64,000 nucleotides of DNA, taken from positions 269,345 to 333,344 of the forward strand of contig BPGW01000002.1 in the NCBI GenBank assembly GCA_026003235.1, given 5' to 3'. Positions within the stretch are counted from its first letter, which is position 1. Every line of letters starts with the position of its first letter. The notes below the pieces were generated by a model. The model was not told where the DNA came from and made no database searches. It saw nothing but the letters and a program-made list of their open reading frames with translations. The position numbers were made by a program, and so were the translations under genes. This DNA is from Bacteroidia bacterium (GTDB taxonomy: Bacteria > Bacteroidota > Bacteroidia > SpSt-205). Shown one piece after another: positions 36,000 through 44,573 of this stretch.

Positions 36000-37585
36000 T
36001 CCAGACTCTTTCTCCTGCGGAACGTCGCCGTATCTGGGCGCGAATAGAAGGTACACGCTTGGAATGGCTCTTTCGCACCCTCGAGGAGATGTCAGATTTC
36101 TCTCAGGAAGAGCTACGTACGCGTTTTGAGCAGGCTTTTCCAGATAAAGATGAGCGTCTTTTAGGAGTATATAAGCGCCAGCTCTGGGACGTCATAGAAG
36201 AAATGATACCTACCCGACAGGTACCTGAGATTGCGGAGGAAGTGCGGCTCTGGCAGCGTATATGGCTTGCCATTCTTCTTCATCAACGAGGCCAGGCTGA
36301 AATCGCTGAGGTGCTCTGGTACCAAGCCCTCTATAGAGCTGTAGAGTTGGAATGGTATGAAACAGCCTTATGGCTGTTTTTCTTATTAGAGGGTATACAT
36401 CGTAACTTTTGCCACTTGCCATCCTATACTTATCAAGCAAATTATATAAATAAGCTTAGGAATTATGTTTCAACCAGATATGCTTTTTTATCTCTAAAAA
36501 GTAGAATGATGGGCAAATTGCGTTATACGGAAAACAAAAAAGTTATCCCTTTTCCTGATTTTATTTATAAAAATTATGAATGGAATAGATTTATTTATGA
36601 TATGTTTAACCAAATATCATTGATGAACGATATACATAGAGTAGATGACAATATAGCTAATTTAATAAATAATGCTCATAGATTAATAAAGAAATATTAT
36701 ATTTTTCCTTCATATATTTACTATACATATATTTATATATCTATTGGAAACATAGCGGTCATTATGCTAAATTGTAGAATGATATATGAATACGAAAAAC
36801 TATACAAATATATAACGATATTCCTTAATAGTAAGATGTATAGGCATGGATCTAATGTATCTTACCATGAAAAATTTTTAGCATATAATTTAGAATTTAG
36901 TCTGCTATATTATTATATTATACTTGGAAAGTGGAAAGACGCTTACGATTTTGTCATTGAAAAAATAGAAAAAATAAAAAATTTTATATTTGAATCAAGT
37001 CAATTTCTTATACTAAGGGCAGAAGTTTGTTGTAGAGTTTATTTTATACTTCTACTTATCGGCAAGGCAGAAGAATATTTGTCTTGGAAAAAACAGGTAG
37101 AATCATGGCTTTCATTGCACTTTAAGAATGATCTCCCTTACTTTTGGTGGAATTTTTTACAGTGGTACAGGTTTTACAGAGAAAAGGACTGGCGCGCTCT
37201 ACGATGGAGCTATCGTCGACTGCGTCGCCTATATAAAACAGCGTTTTCGGATCTTTCTTATTGGCGGCCGATTTTTGCAGTCCTGTGGAGACTTTCTTTT
37301 CGGTGGGGGCTACGATTACCCCGTCGGGCTATCCATCGGCTTCTGCACCGGTGGGAAGCTCATCCTGAGGAGCGGAGAATATGGGACCTTCAGATACATA
37401 TCTTCCCTATGCGCCTCTTTATAGAGAGTGTGCAGCGGGGGGTATCCATCGAAGTTCTGCGGCCTGACCTCCTTCCGCCTGTCTCTCTCACCCCTGACCA
37501 GCGTAAAAAGATCGAGGAGATTTTATACGTTCTTCCTCGTCTCTTCAGCTCTGGAGATTACAGAGAGGGGGATAGCGGGGACTAA
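35924..37585 (+). CDS. Hypothetical helical-repeat (TPR-like?) protein with a roughly 25% GC central segment
   Basis: 553-aa ORF. Its frame stays open through about 710 bp of about 25% GC DNA (36420-37130), where random sequence would be full of stops, so it is very likely coding. The N-terminus ..LSPAERRRIW..LLGVYKRQLWDVI.. resembles an uncharacterised Bacteroidota family, recalled from memory only. Confidence 0.6.
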   Translation: MAEEKHKISSRRKEIPLPRSALWRVIQTLSPAERRRIWARIEGTRLEWLFRTLEEMSDFSQEELRTRFEQAFPDKDERLLGVYKRQLWDVIEEMIPTRQVPEIAEEVRLWQRIWLAILLHQRGQAEIAEVLWYQALYRAVELEWYETALWLFFLLEGIHRNFCHLPSYTYQANYINKLRNYVSTRYAFLSLKSRMMGKLRYTENKKVIPFPDFIYKNYEWNRFIYDMFNQISLMNDIHRVDDNIANLINNAHRLIKKYYIFPSYIYYTYIYISIGNIAVIMLNCRMIYEYEKLYKYITIFLNSKMYRHGSNVSYHEKFLAYNLEFSLLYYYIILGKWKDAYDFVIEKIEKIKNFIFESSQFLILRAEVCCRVYFILLLIGKAEEYLSWKKQVESWLSLHFKNDLPYFWWNFLQWYRFYREKDWRALRWSYRRLRRLYKTAFSDLSYWRPIFAVLWRLSFRWGLRLPRRAIHRLLHRWEAHPEERRIWDLQIHIFPMRLFIESVQRGVSIEVLRPDLLPPVSLTPDQRKKIEEILYVLPRLFSSGDYREGDSGD

Positions 37586-37663
37586 TCAGGGACTAAAAGG
37601 TTATAAGTTTGTCGCAAAAGGTGCTGCTCTTCCGAGCGCGTCCTGCCCTACCTTAGCCCTGGT

Positions 37664-40075
37664 ATGAAGACGCGAGAGCTACTTCTTCTGGGGCTTGCTT
37701 GGGCTAGCCTGCCTGGCCGAGGTATTTTCCTGCGGGAAAATAAAGGGCAAGTGATGGACCAGTATGGATGTCCACGAGCGGATGTGCTGTACTCAAGCCC
37801 TCTGCCCGGGGGTGTGGTCCACCTTACCCGAGTAGGCGTACTGTATCAAGTACACGCTCCTTTGCGCTGGCTAGAGGAGGAAAAGCCGGGCTACGGGAAG
37901 AAAGTGTCTTATCCAGCCGAGGTAGGCGTGCACCGAGTGGAGATGTACTGGATAGGAGGGCAGCCCCAACAAATAGAGCCTCAAAAGCCCCTTCCAGACT
38001 ATGAGCATTTTTACACGCAGGACGAGCCAGTATTGTTTGTGTACAGTTATCGACAGGTGTGGTATCGCCAGGTATGGCCGGGGGTGGACATGGTTTTTCT
38101 AGAGCGGGAAGGGCAATTAGTTTTCGATCTTCATGTGGCGCCGGGCGTAGATGTGGGGGTGGTGCAGTTTCGGGTGGAAGGCACAATGCCCCGGGTAGAA
38201 GGGGAGGAGCTGGTGCTTCCTACGGTATATGGAGAGGTTCGGATAGCGGCACCCAAGGCTTGGGCCGACGGACGAGCTGTGCCTGTGTACTGGCAGGTGG
38301 AGGGGGATCGCGTGCGTCTTGAGGTTCAACAGCGCCTGCTTTCCGAAGCTCTTTTCATTGACCCCGGCATCCGCTTGTGGGGCACCTACTATGGCGCGCA
38401 ATCCTCACAAGTTCAAGGAGAGGTAGATGTTTCTCCTGCGTACGGAGTATGTTCTTACGGCAGTGTAGTGTATATGGTCGGGTCTACTACTGTTTCCACA
38501 AATATTGCTACAAGTGGGGCGCATCAAACCACTCTTGGTGGCTTACGAAGTGCTTATCTCGCCTCCATGGACGCGGCCACGGGTCTGCGTAATTGGGCGA
38601 CTTATTACGGAGGTTCTGGGGGGGCAGGTACCGATGGAATGAGCTGCGCTGTAGATGGGAGCGGGAATGTGTACCTTACCGGGTATACTGGGGCTACTTC
38701 CGGTATCGCCTCCTCTGGTGCTCATCAGACAACCCTTGGCGGGGGGCAAGATGCCTTCCTGGCTAAGTTTAATTCTGTGGGCGTCCGACAGTGGGGGACG
38801 TACTATGGTGGGAGTGGTAGTGATGTAGCGTACAAATGTGCTGTGGATGGCACAGGTAACGTATATATGTCTGGATATACGAACTCTCCGAGCAATATAG
38901 CTGCGAGTGGGTTCCAGAATAGCCTTGCAGGGGGACAAGATGCTTTCCTGATCAAGTTTAACCCCGGTGGAACTCGCCAGTGGGGCACTTACTACGGGGG
39001 ATCTGGCAATGACTATGGCTATGCCTGTGCGGTGAGCCCGGGTGGGAACGTGTGCTTGGTGGGGTCTACAACTTCTACTTCAGGGATTGCCTCTCCTGGA
39101 TCTCACCAGAGTAGTTTTGCAGGTGGGGGGGGTGACGCTTTTATTGTTTATTTTACTGGAAGTGGCGTTCGTTCCTGGGCTACTTACTATGGTGGTCCAG
39201 ACGGCGATGGAGCATCGGCAGTGGACATAGACGGCGCTGGAAATGTGTATGTAGTAGGTACGACTAACTCGTCCAGTGGAATAGCGAGTGGTGGATTTCA
39301 GAATACGATCGGGGGCTCTTCTGACCTGTTTCTCGTCAAATTCTCTGATTTAGGTAGCCGATTGTGGGGCACCTATTATGGTGGAGTAGCGTATGATGAG
39401 GGTAAAGGTTGTAAGGTTTCTGCCAATGGCTATATCTACGTTGCAGGTTCTGCAAGTTCTTCTGGGTTGGCTACGCCTGGGGTACAACAAACTTCTTGTA
39501 GTGCCCAATGTGCGCTTTTAGGGAAGTTTGATGCCAATGGAGGTCGTGTATGGGCTACTTATTACGGGGATTTCGGGACAGCTTATGGTACTTATGGGAG
39601 GGATGTAGCCACTTTTCCTGGGGGAGCTTATCTGGTAGGGTACACTAGCTACTATACGACTACAGCTCCCAACCTGATAGGTACGTCAGGAACCCATAAT
39701 CCCACGGCTTCAGGAGAGTGTATAAAGAATACTGAAATAGGTGTTTCTCGGTGTCCGAATTTTGGCTTTTTAGCCAAGTTTTGTGGAGATAGCTGGAGTT
39801 CAGGGGTTTGTACTCCGCTTGCGTATAGGGGAGAGCAGGGGGGATACGGGTCTACGAACCAGGAGGAGTGGGGGGTAGAGGTGAGGAGTTCTGAGAGGGT
39901 AGAGGTGTGGGCTTCTCGGCCTTGTGTGCTGGAGGTGTGGGATGTCTCTGGTAGGTTGATAGCGCAATGGACGATAGAGGCTGATGAGCGTCGCGTGGAA
40001 GCTCTTCCAAGAAGCGGCTTATACTTCGTGCGGGAAACAAACGGCATTCAAAGCCTGCGCATCCTTGTACCATGA
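37664..40075 (+). CDS. SBBP beta-propeller repeat protein with T9SS C-terminal sorting domain
   Basis: Signal peptide, then about 10 repeats of W(G/A)TYYGGSG.D.......D..GNVY..G.T.S..GIAS.G..Q (SBBP-like). The C-terminus VLEVWDVSGRLIAQW..GLYFVRE..SLRILVP is a T9SS CTD. Confidence 0.75.
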   Translation: MKTRELLLLGLAWASLPGRGIFLRENKGQVMDQYGCPRADVLYSSPLPGGVVHLTRVGVLYQVHAPLRWLEEEKPGYGKKVSYPAEVGVHRVEMYWIGGQPQQIEPQKPLPDYEHFYTQDEPVLFVYSYRQVWYRQVWPGVDMVFLEREGQLVFDLHVAPGVDVGVVQFRVEGTMPRVEGEELVLPTVYGEVRIAAPKAWADGRAVPVYWQVEGDRVRLEVQQRLLSEALFIDPGIRLWGTYYGAQSSQVQGEVDVSPAYGVCSYGSVVYMVGSTTVSTNIATSGAHQTTLGGLRSAYLASMDAATGLRNWATYYGGSGGAGTDGMSCAVDGSGNVYLTGYTGATSGIASSGAHQTTLGGGQDAFLAKFNSVGVRQWGTYYGGSGSDVAYKCAVDGTGNVYMSGYTNSPSNIAASGFQNSLAGGQDAFLIKFNPGGTRQWGTYYGGSGNDYGYACAVSPGGNVCLVGSTTSTSGIASPGSHQSSFAGGGGDAFIVYFTGSGVRSWATYYGGPDGDGASAVDIDGAGNVYVVGTTNSSSGIASGGFQNTIGGSSDLFLVKFSDLGSRLWGTYYGGVAYDEGKGCKVSANGYIYVAGSASSSGLATPGVQQTSCSAQCALLGKFDANGGRVWATYYGDFGTAYGTYGRDVATFPGGAYLVGYTSYYTTTAPNLIGTSGTHNPTASGECIKNTEIGVSRCPNFGFLAKFCGDSWSSGVCTPLAYRGEQGGYGSTNQEEWGVEVRSSERVEVWASRPCVLEVWDVSGRLIAQWTIEADERRVEALPRSGLYFVRETNGIQSLRILVP

Positions 40076-41772
40076 TCCACAGGACAGGAAAGAGGGTCTC
40101 TTACGGGGTGTTCACTCTGTTTTTCCTTCAGGCGCAGGTTTTGCGTACAGCTGCTTGGGGTCGTGCATGGGGCACTTATTTTGGAGGTGGACTGGATGAG
40201 GTAGGACGGGCGGTGTGCGTAGATACCATACATCGGCGGGTGTATGTGGTAGGATGGACAGTCTCTCCTGACTTGCCCCTTCGGAATCCTTATCAGGGTG
40301 CGTATAATGGAGGAGAAGCGGATGCTTTTATAGCTTGCTTTTCTGAAGAAGGACAGCTTTTCTGGTCTACCTATCTCGGGGGAGATTCGCTGGATGTGGC
40401 GTATGGGTGTGCCTGCGACGGGGCTCGTGTGTATGTGGTGGGGGCTACCCGCTCTCGGGGAGGAATAGCAGGGGGTGATGGTTTTCAGTTGGCCTATGGT
40501 GGAGGTGAGAGTGATGGGTTTGTCGCGTGTATAGACACAGCGGGCCAGCTTGTATGGTGTTCTTACTACGGAGGAGAGGGTAAAGATGAGCTGCGCGCAG
40601 TGCAGGTGGGGGTCAGGGGCGACCTATGGGTGGGGGGATCTACGAGCTCGTTGCAGGGCGTTCAATATGGTATGGGTGGCCAGCCCAACTATGGAGGCGG
40701 TGACTCTGATGGGTGGATCATGCGGCTCACTCCTTTAGGCACGCCTCGGTGGGGACGCTATATAGGGGGAAGCGGAGAAGACCGTATTTCTACCCTTGCT
40801 GTGGATAGCGTCCGGCTCTATGTGGGTGGGTATACAGCTTCTACAGACTTTCCAGTCTCCCCCAATGCGGTTCAATCCATGTATGGTGGAGGTTTATGGG
40901 ATGGATTTATAGCTGCTTTGGATACTTCAGGCGCAGTAGAATGGGCCAGCTACATGGGTGGACCTGATCGGGACTGGGTGTATGGTATAGCACGAGGAGA
41001 AGGGGACCGGATTTACTTGACGGGTTCAACAGGTTCTACTTCGGGCATTACCACGCCGGGTAGCCTTCAGCCTTTCTATTCGGGAGGGAGCTGTGATGGT
41101 TACTTAGCTGCCTGGGATACAGCCGGTCGGCGGCTATGGAGCACCTATGTCGGAGGAGATACAAATGACTGGGGCTATAAGTGCAAAGTCGGCGAAGACA
41201 GAAACATTTATCTTGTAGGATGGACTCGTTCTCGTACACAGATTGCTACGGTGGATGCTTACCAATCCCAGCATGGGGGGGGTACTTACGACGCTTTTAT
41301 CATGGTATTTACGAGGGATGGGCAGCGCGTATGGGGTAGCTATTACGGTGGAGAGGGGGTTGACTGGTTTCTGGATGTTGCGCTGGGGAGAGACAAAGAG
41401 TTTTATGCGGTGGGTTACACAGGTTCTTTTTGGGGGATAGCCTCTTCGGGGGCTTATCAGGATCGTCTGGGGGGTTCTATAGTACTGAATTATGACGCTT
41501 TTCTGGTGAAGTTTGGAGTGGGAACTGCGGCGGGATTTGAGACTTACCAAAAGCCTAGATGGAGAGTTTTTCCCAACCCTTCTTTTGGCAAGGTTTGGAT
41601 TGAGGGCACGAGGGGCACTTTTGAGCTATGGAATGCGCAGGGCTGTTGCCTCAGGCGCTTTGTGGTGAGAAGTCCTGCAGGTGAAGGGCATGAACTACCT
41701 CCCGAAACAGGCGTTTACTTTTTGCACCATGTGGAAAGCGGTTCGTCTTGCCGGGTGGTTCGCATGCCGTAA
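40072..41772 (+). CDS. SBBP beta-propeller repeat protein with T9SS C-terminal sorting domain (tandem paralogue)
   Basis: Same repeat type (WGTYFGG..D.., WSTYLGGDS.D, WCSYYGGEG.D, WGRYIGGSG.D ...). C-terminus FPNPSFGKVWIE..FELWNAQG..GVYFLH..RVVRMP. Start overlaps the upstream stop (ATGA). Confidence 0.75.
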   Translation: MIHRTGKRVSYGVFTLFFLQAQVLRTAAWGRAWGTYFGGGLDEVGRAVCVDTIHRRVYVVGWTVSPDLPLRNPYQGAYNGGEADAFIACFSEEGQLFWSTYLGGDSLDVAYGCACDGARVYVVGATRSRGGIAGGDGFQLAYGGGESDGFVACIDTAGQLVWCSYYGGEGKDELRAVQVGVRGDLWVGGSTSSLQGVQYGMGGQPNYGGGDSDGWIMRLTPLGTPRWGRYIGGSGEDRISTLAVDSVRLYVGGYTASTDFPVSPNAVQSMYGGGLWDGFIAALDTSGAVEWASYMGGPDRDWVYGIARGEGDRIYLTGSTGSTSGITTPGSLQPFYSGGSCDGYLAAWDTAGRRLWSTYVGGDTNDWGYKCKVGEDRNIYLVGWTRSRTQIATVDAYQSQHGGGTYDAFIMVFTRDGQRVWGSYYGGEGVDWFLDVALGRDKEFYAVGYTGSFWGIASSGAYQDRLGGSIVLNYDAFLVKFGVGTAAGFETYQKPRWRVFPNPSFGKVWIEGTRGTFELWNAQGCCLRRFVVRSPAGEGHELPPETGVYFLHHVESGSSCRVVRMP

Positions 41773-42514
41773 GGCTGGGATAGGGATGGTGGCAGCCCTT
41801 TTGTTGGGGATGATTCTTGAAGTGCGTCCCCAGCCCCCGCCGGGCTATACGGGGGCTCCTCGTGAGGGTACGTGCCGGAATTGCCATGAGTCCGGAGGGG
41901 GGGGACCAGCTGTCCATTTGTCTATTTTACCAAGCGGGGATACCTTAAGAACATATACAGCTGGTGGCTCTCCTCTTCGTATACGGCTTGAGGCAAGGTA
42001 TGTAGGGGCAGCCTATTATGGTTTTGCATTGACCGTGTTAGATGACAGTGGAGGCGCTTGGCCATCCTATGCCCTGGAGGGCGAGCACGATGTGGCCCTT
42101 CAAGAGGGGCCTTTTGGGCGCCGATACTTAGGGCACTGGGGCTGGTCTGAAAAGGGTGTATGGGAGTTTGACTGGCAGCCACCGGAGCGGCCTTCGGGCC
42201 CCCTCCACTGGTATATAGGGGTCGTGGCCGCCAACGGAGACCAGACTGTGACTGGGGATCGCGTAGCCATGGTACGGCGTCGTGTAGAGCCGACTTCGCT
42301 TACAGAAGGGCCCCAGCCTTCCTTCCTGCTACATGGGGGGTATCTCTGGCTTGGAGGAGCTACGGTTCGTGCTAGCTTGTACGACTTAGCTGGACGCATT
42401 TTAGCCACTTACACCGGTCCAGGATCGCATCTCGTCGCCCCTACGGGCCCTGCTTTGCTCTTACTTGAGCTGAGTAGCGGCAAGCGAGAGGTATACAAGA
42501 TTTTCCTTCCCTGA
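41729..42514 (+). CDS. Secreted CxxCH-motif protein with T9SS C-terminal sorting domain (paralogue of 8392-9165)
   Basis: PPPGYTGAPREGTCRNCHESGGGG (CRNCH encoded at 41873-41887) and YYGFALTVLD..WEFDWQPP..LHWYIGVVAANGD are collinear with the 8392-9165 protein. CTD: ASLYDLAGRILATY..LLLLELSSGKREVYKIFLP. The start is uncertain (41729 or 41786). Confidence 0.6.
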   Translation: MWKAVRLAGWFACRKAGIGMVAALLLGMILEVRPQPPPGYTGAPREGTCRNCHESGGGGPAVHLSILPSGDTLRTYTAGGSPLRIRLEARYVGAAYYGFALTVLDDSGGAWPSYALEGEHDVALQEGPFGRRYLGHWGWSEKGVWEFDWQPPERPSGPLHWYIGVVAANGDQTVTGDRVAMVRRRVEPTSLTEGPQPSFLLHGGYLWLGGATVRASLYDLAGRILATYTGPGSHLVAPTGPALLLLELSSGKREVYKIFLP

Positions 42515-42517
42515 GTA

Positions 42518-42525
42518 TACCTTCG
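42518..42525 (+). promoter_or_regulatory. -7 promoter element variant (TACCTTCG) for rfbB
   Basis: taccttcg + cagg + GTG 42530. Confidence 0.4.
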
Positions 42526-42529
42526 CAGG

Positions 42530-43594
42530 GTGTATCGGGTTTGGGTAACAGGGGGGGCCGGCTTTATTGGGTCGCACTTGGTTCGGCTCCTGGTGCGGGA
42601 ACGGCCTGAGTGGCCAATCCACACCTTGGACGCGCTCACCTACGCGGGCAACCTGGCTAACCTGGCGGAGGTGTGGGAGGCACCTAACCACCACTTCCAT
42701 CGGGTAGATGTGGCCGACCTGCCTGCTGTGGAAGCGCTCTGGGAAGCGCATCCCCCTTCGCTTATCTTCCATCTGGCCGCCGAAAGCCACGTAGACCGCA
42801 GCATCCTTTCCCCCCTTGACTTTTTCCACACCAATGTCGGCGGTACCGTCACCCTGCTTGAGCTGGCTCGCCAGCGCTGGCAAGGCCGCCAGGACGTGCT
42901 CTTTTTCCAGGTGTCCACCGACGAGGTATACGGCAGCTTGCCGGAAGGGGGCTTTTTCACCGAAGGCAGCCCCTACGATCCCCGCAGCCCATATTCCGCC
43001 TCCAAGGCCGCTGCCGACCACTTTGTGCGCGCCTACGGCCACACCTACGGCTTACCCTTCGTGATCTCCAACTGCGGCAATAACTACGGCCCTTACCAGT
43101 TTCCTGAGAAACTCATTCCCCTCACCATTGTGCACCTAATTGAGCGCCGCCCGATTCCGGTGTATGGCCGAGGCCAGAACGTGCGGGACTGGATTCACGT
43201 GGAGGACCACGTGCGCGCCCTTCTCATGATAGCGGAGAAAGGCCGGCGGGGACACACGTACCTCGTCGGGGCCCGCAACCCCCGCACAAACTTAGAGGTG
43301 GTTTCGCTTTTGTGCCAGCTTTACGATGAGCTCACCGGCCAGCAAGATAGCCAGCGGCTGATCACCTTCGTGCAAGACCGCCCAGGCCACGATCTGCGGT
43401 ATGCCATTGAGCCTTCTCCGCACTTAGCCGACATAGGGTGGCAACCGCAAGTCTCCTTTGAAGAAGGCCTGCGCCGCACCCTCCAGTGGTACCTGGCCCA
43501 TCCAGAGTGGTGGCAGAGTGTGCGCTCCGGTCAGTATCAGACCTACTACGAGCGGTGGTATGGAGAGCGGCTGAAACAGCCCCCAGCCTCCTAA
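42530..43594 (+). CDS. rfbB: dTDP-glucose 4,6-dehydratase
   Basis: VTGGAGFIGSH, STDEVYG, YSASKAAADH (YxxxK), CGNNYGPYQFPEKLIP and RPGHDLRYAID-like motifs. Confidence 0.9.
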   Translation: MYRVWVTGGAGFIGSHLVRLLVRERPEWPIHTLDALTYAGNLANLAEVWEAPNHHFHRVDVADLPAVEALWEAHPPSLIFHLAAESHVDRSILSPLDFFHTNVGGTVTLLELARQRWQGRQDVLFFQVSTDEVYGSLPEGGFFTEGSPYDPRSPYSASKAAADHFVRAYGHTYGLPFVISNCGNNYGPYQFPEKLIPLTIVHLIERRPIPVYGRGQNVRDWIHVEDHVRALLMIAEKGRRGHTYLVGARNPRTNLEVVSLLCQLYDELTGQQDSQRLITFVQDRPGHDLRYAIEPSPHLADIGWQPQVSFEEGLRRTLQWYLAHPEWWQSVRSGQYQTYYERWYGERLKQPPAS

Positions 43595-43606
43595 GGTAGA
43601 ATACTG

Positions 43607-43614
43607 TACTTTTG
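43607..43614 (+). promoter_or_regulatory. -7 promoter element (TACTTTTG) for the two-component operon
   Basis: tacttttg lies 7 nt upstream of ATG 43622. Confidence 0.5.
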
Positions 43615-43621
43615 CCAAGCC

Positions 43622-44014
43622 ATGCCCAAGAAGCGCATCCTCTGCGTGGATGACGAGAAGGTGGTCCTTAACACGCTCATGGGGCAGCTTTACCAAACTT
43701 TCGGGAATCGGTACCTGTATGAGTCCTTCACCAGCGCGGAGGAGGCCGAGGAGTTCATTGATGAGGTGTATGCGGAGGGCGAAAATGTGGATCTCATCAT
43801 CTGCGACTGGCTGATGCCGCGCGTGAAAGGGGATGAGTTTTTGGTTCGGGTGCACAAGCGTTTCCCTGAGGTGGCGCTCATCATGCTTTCCGGGCAGGCT
43901 AACCCTGAAGCGATTGAACGGGCCCAGAAAGAAGCCCACATCCTGGCCTTTGTCAGCAAACCTTGGGACAAAGACCAGCTTATGCAGCTTGTACAGCAAG
44001 CGCTGGGCGCATGA
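43622..44014 (+). CDS. Single-domain response regulator (CheY-like receiver)
   Basis: ILCVDDE, DLIICDWLMP (phospho-acceptor Asp) and SKPW (conserved Lys). Confidence 0.85.
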   Translation: MPKKRILCVDDEKVVLNTLMGQLYQTFGNRYLYESFTSAEEAEEFIDEVYAEGENVDLIICDWLMPRVKGDEFLVRVHKRFPEVALIMLSGQANPEAIERAQKEAHILAFVSKPWDKDQLMQLVQQALGA

Positions 44015-44415
44015 GCCGGCCTGTAATCCTTTTTGTGGACGACGAAAAGCTCGTGCTGGATACGCTGCTGGTGCAGGTACGGTCGGCCTTTGGTGAGCGC
44101 TACGATTACGAGATTGCCCAGAGCGCCGAAGAAGCCTGGGACCTGCTGCGGGAGTATAAAGAAGCCCAACGCCGCATCGTCCTGCTTATTAGCGACTGGC
44201 TGATGCCCCTTGAGAAGGGGGATAGCTTTCTCATCCGGGTGGCCCAGCACTACCCCGATATCAAGCTTATCATGCTCTCAGCCTACGCCGACGAGGAGGC
44301 CATCAACCGAGCCCAGCGTTACGCCAACCTTTTCGCCTTCTTACGCAAGCCCTGGGAAAAAGACCACCTCCTGGAGAAAATTCAACAGGCCCTCCAACCC
44401 GCTCAAGCCTCCTGA
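44011..44415 (+). CDS. Single-domain response regulator (CheY-like receiver), tandem paralogue
   Basis: ILFVDDE, LLISDWLMP and RKPW. ATG 44011 overlaps the upstream stop (ATGA). Confidence 0.85.
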   Translation: MSRPVILFVDDEKLVLDTLLVQVRSAFGERYDYEIAQSAEEAWDLLREYKEAQRRIVLLISDWLMPLEKGDSFLIRVAQHYPDIKLIMLSAYADEEAINRAQRYANLFAFLRKPWEKDHLLEKIQQALQPAQAS

Positions 44416-44417
44416 CT

Positions 44418-44573
44418 ATGACGAAAGGCTCCCCTTCTCCTCCTAAGGCTTCCTTCTCCTGGCGCAAGTGGCTCAAACGCGGCGGAATCGGACTCTTTCT
44501 GTTTTTTCTCCTCAAGGGCCTGGCATGGCTCATTGTGCCAGCGCTGATGTTGTATTTCTGTGGCCGCTCATGA
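44418..44573 (+). CDS. Candidate 51-aa single-pass membrane microprotein
   Basis: Absent from the ORF track (<60 aa). My translation is [51 protein letters not shown]. It starts 2 nt after the RR2 stop, and its stop overlaps the kinase ATG 44570 (ATGA). It has a basic juxtamembrane stretch plus one clear TM helix. Confidence 0.4.
   Translation: MTKGSPSPPKASFSWRKWLKRGGIGLFLFFLLKGLAWLIVPALMLYFCGRS

Noticed and set aside
36420-37140. Considered whether the AT-rich core of ORF 35924-37585 could be an inserted IS element, a group I/II intron, an intein or non-coding filler.
   Set aside because: One reading frame stays open across all of the roughly 710 bp of about 25% GC DNA. I saw no terminal inverted repeats, transposase-like ORF or intein splice motifs.
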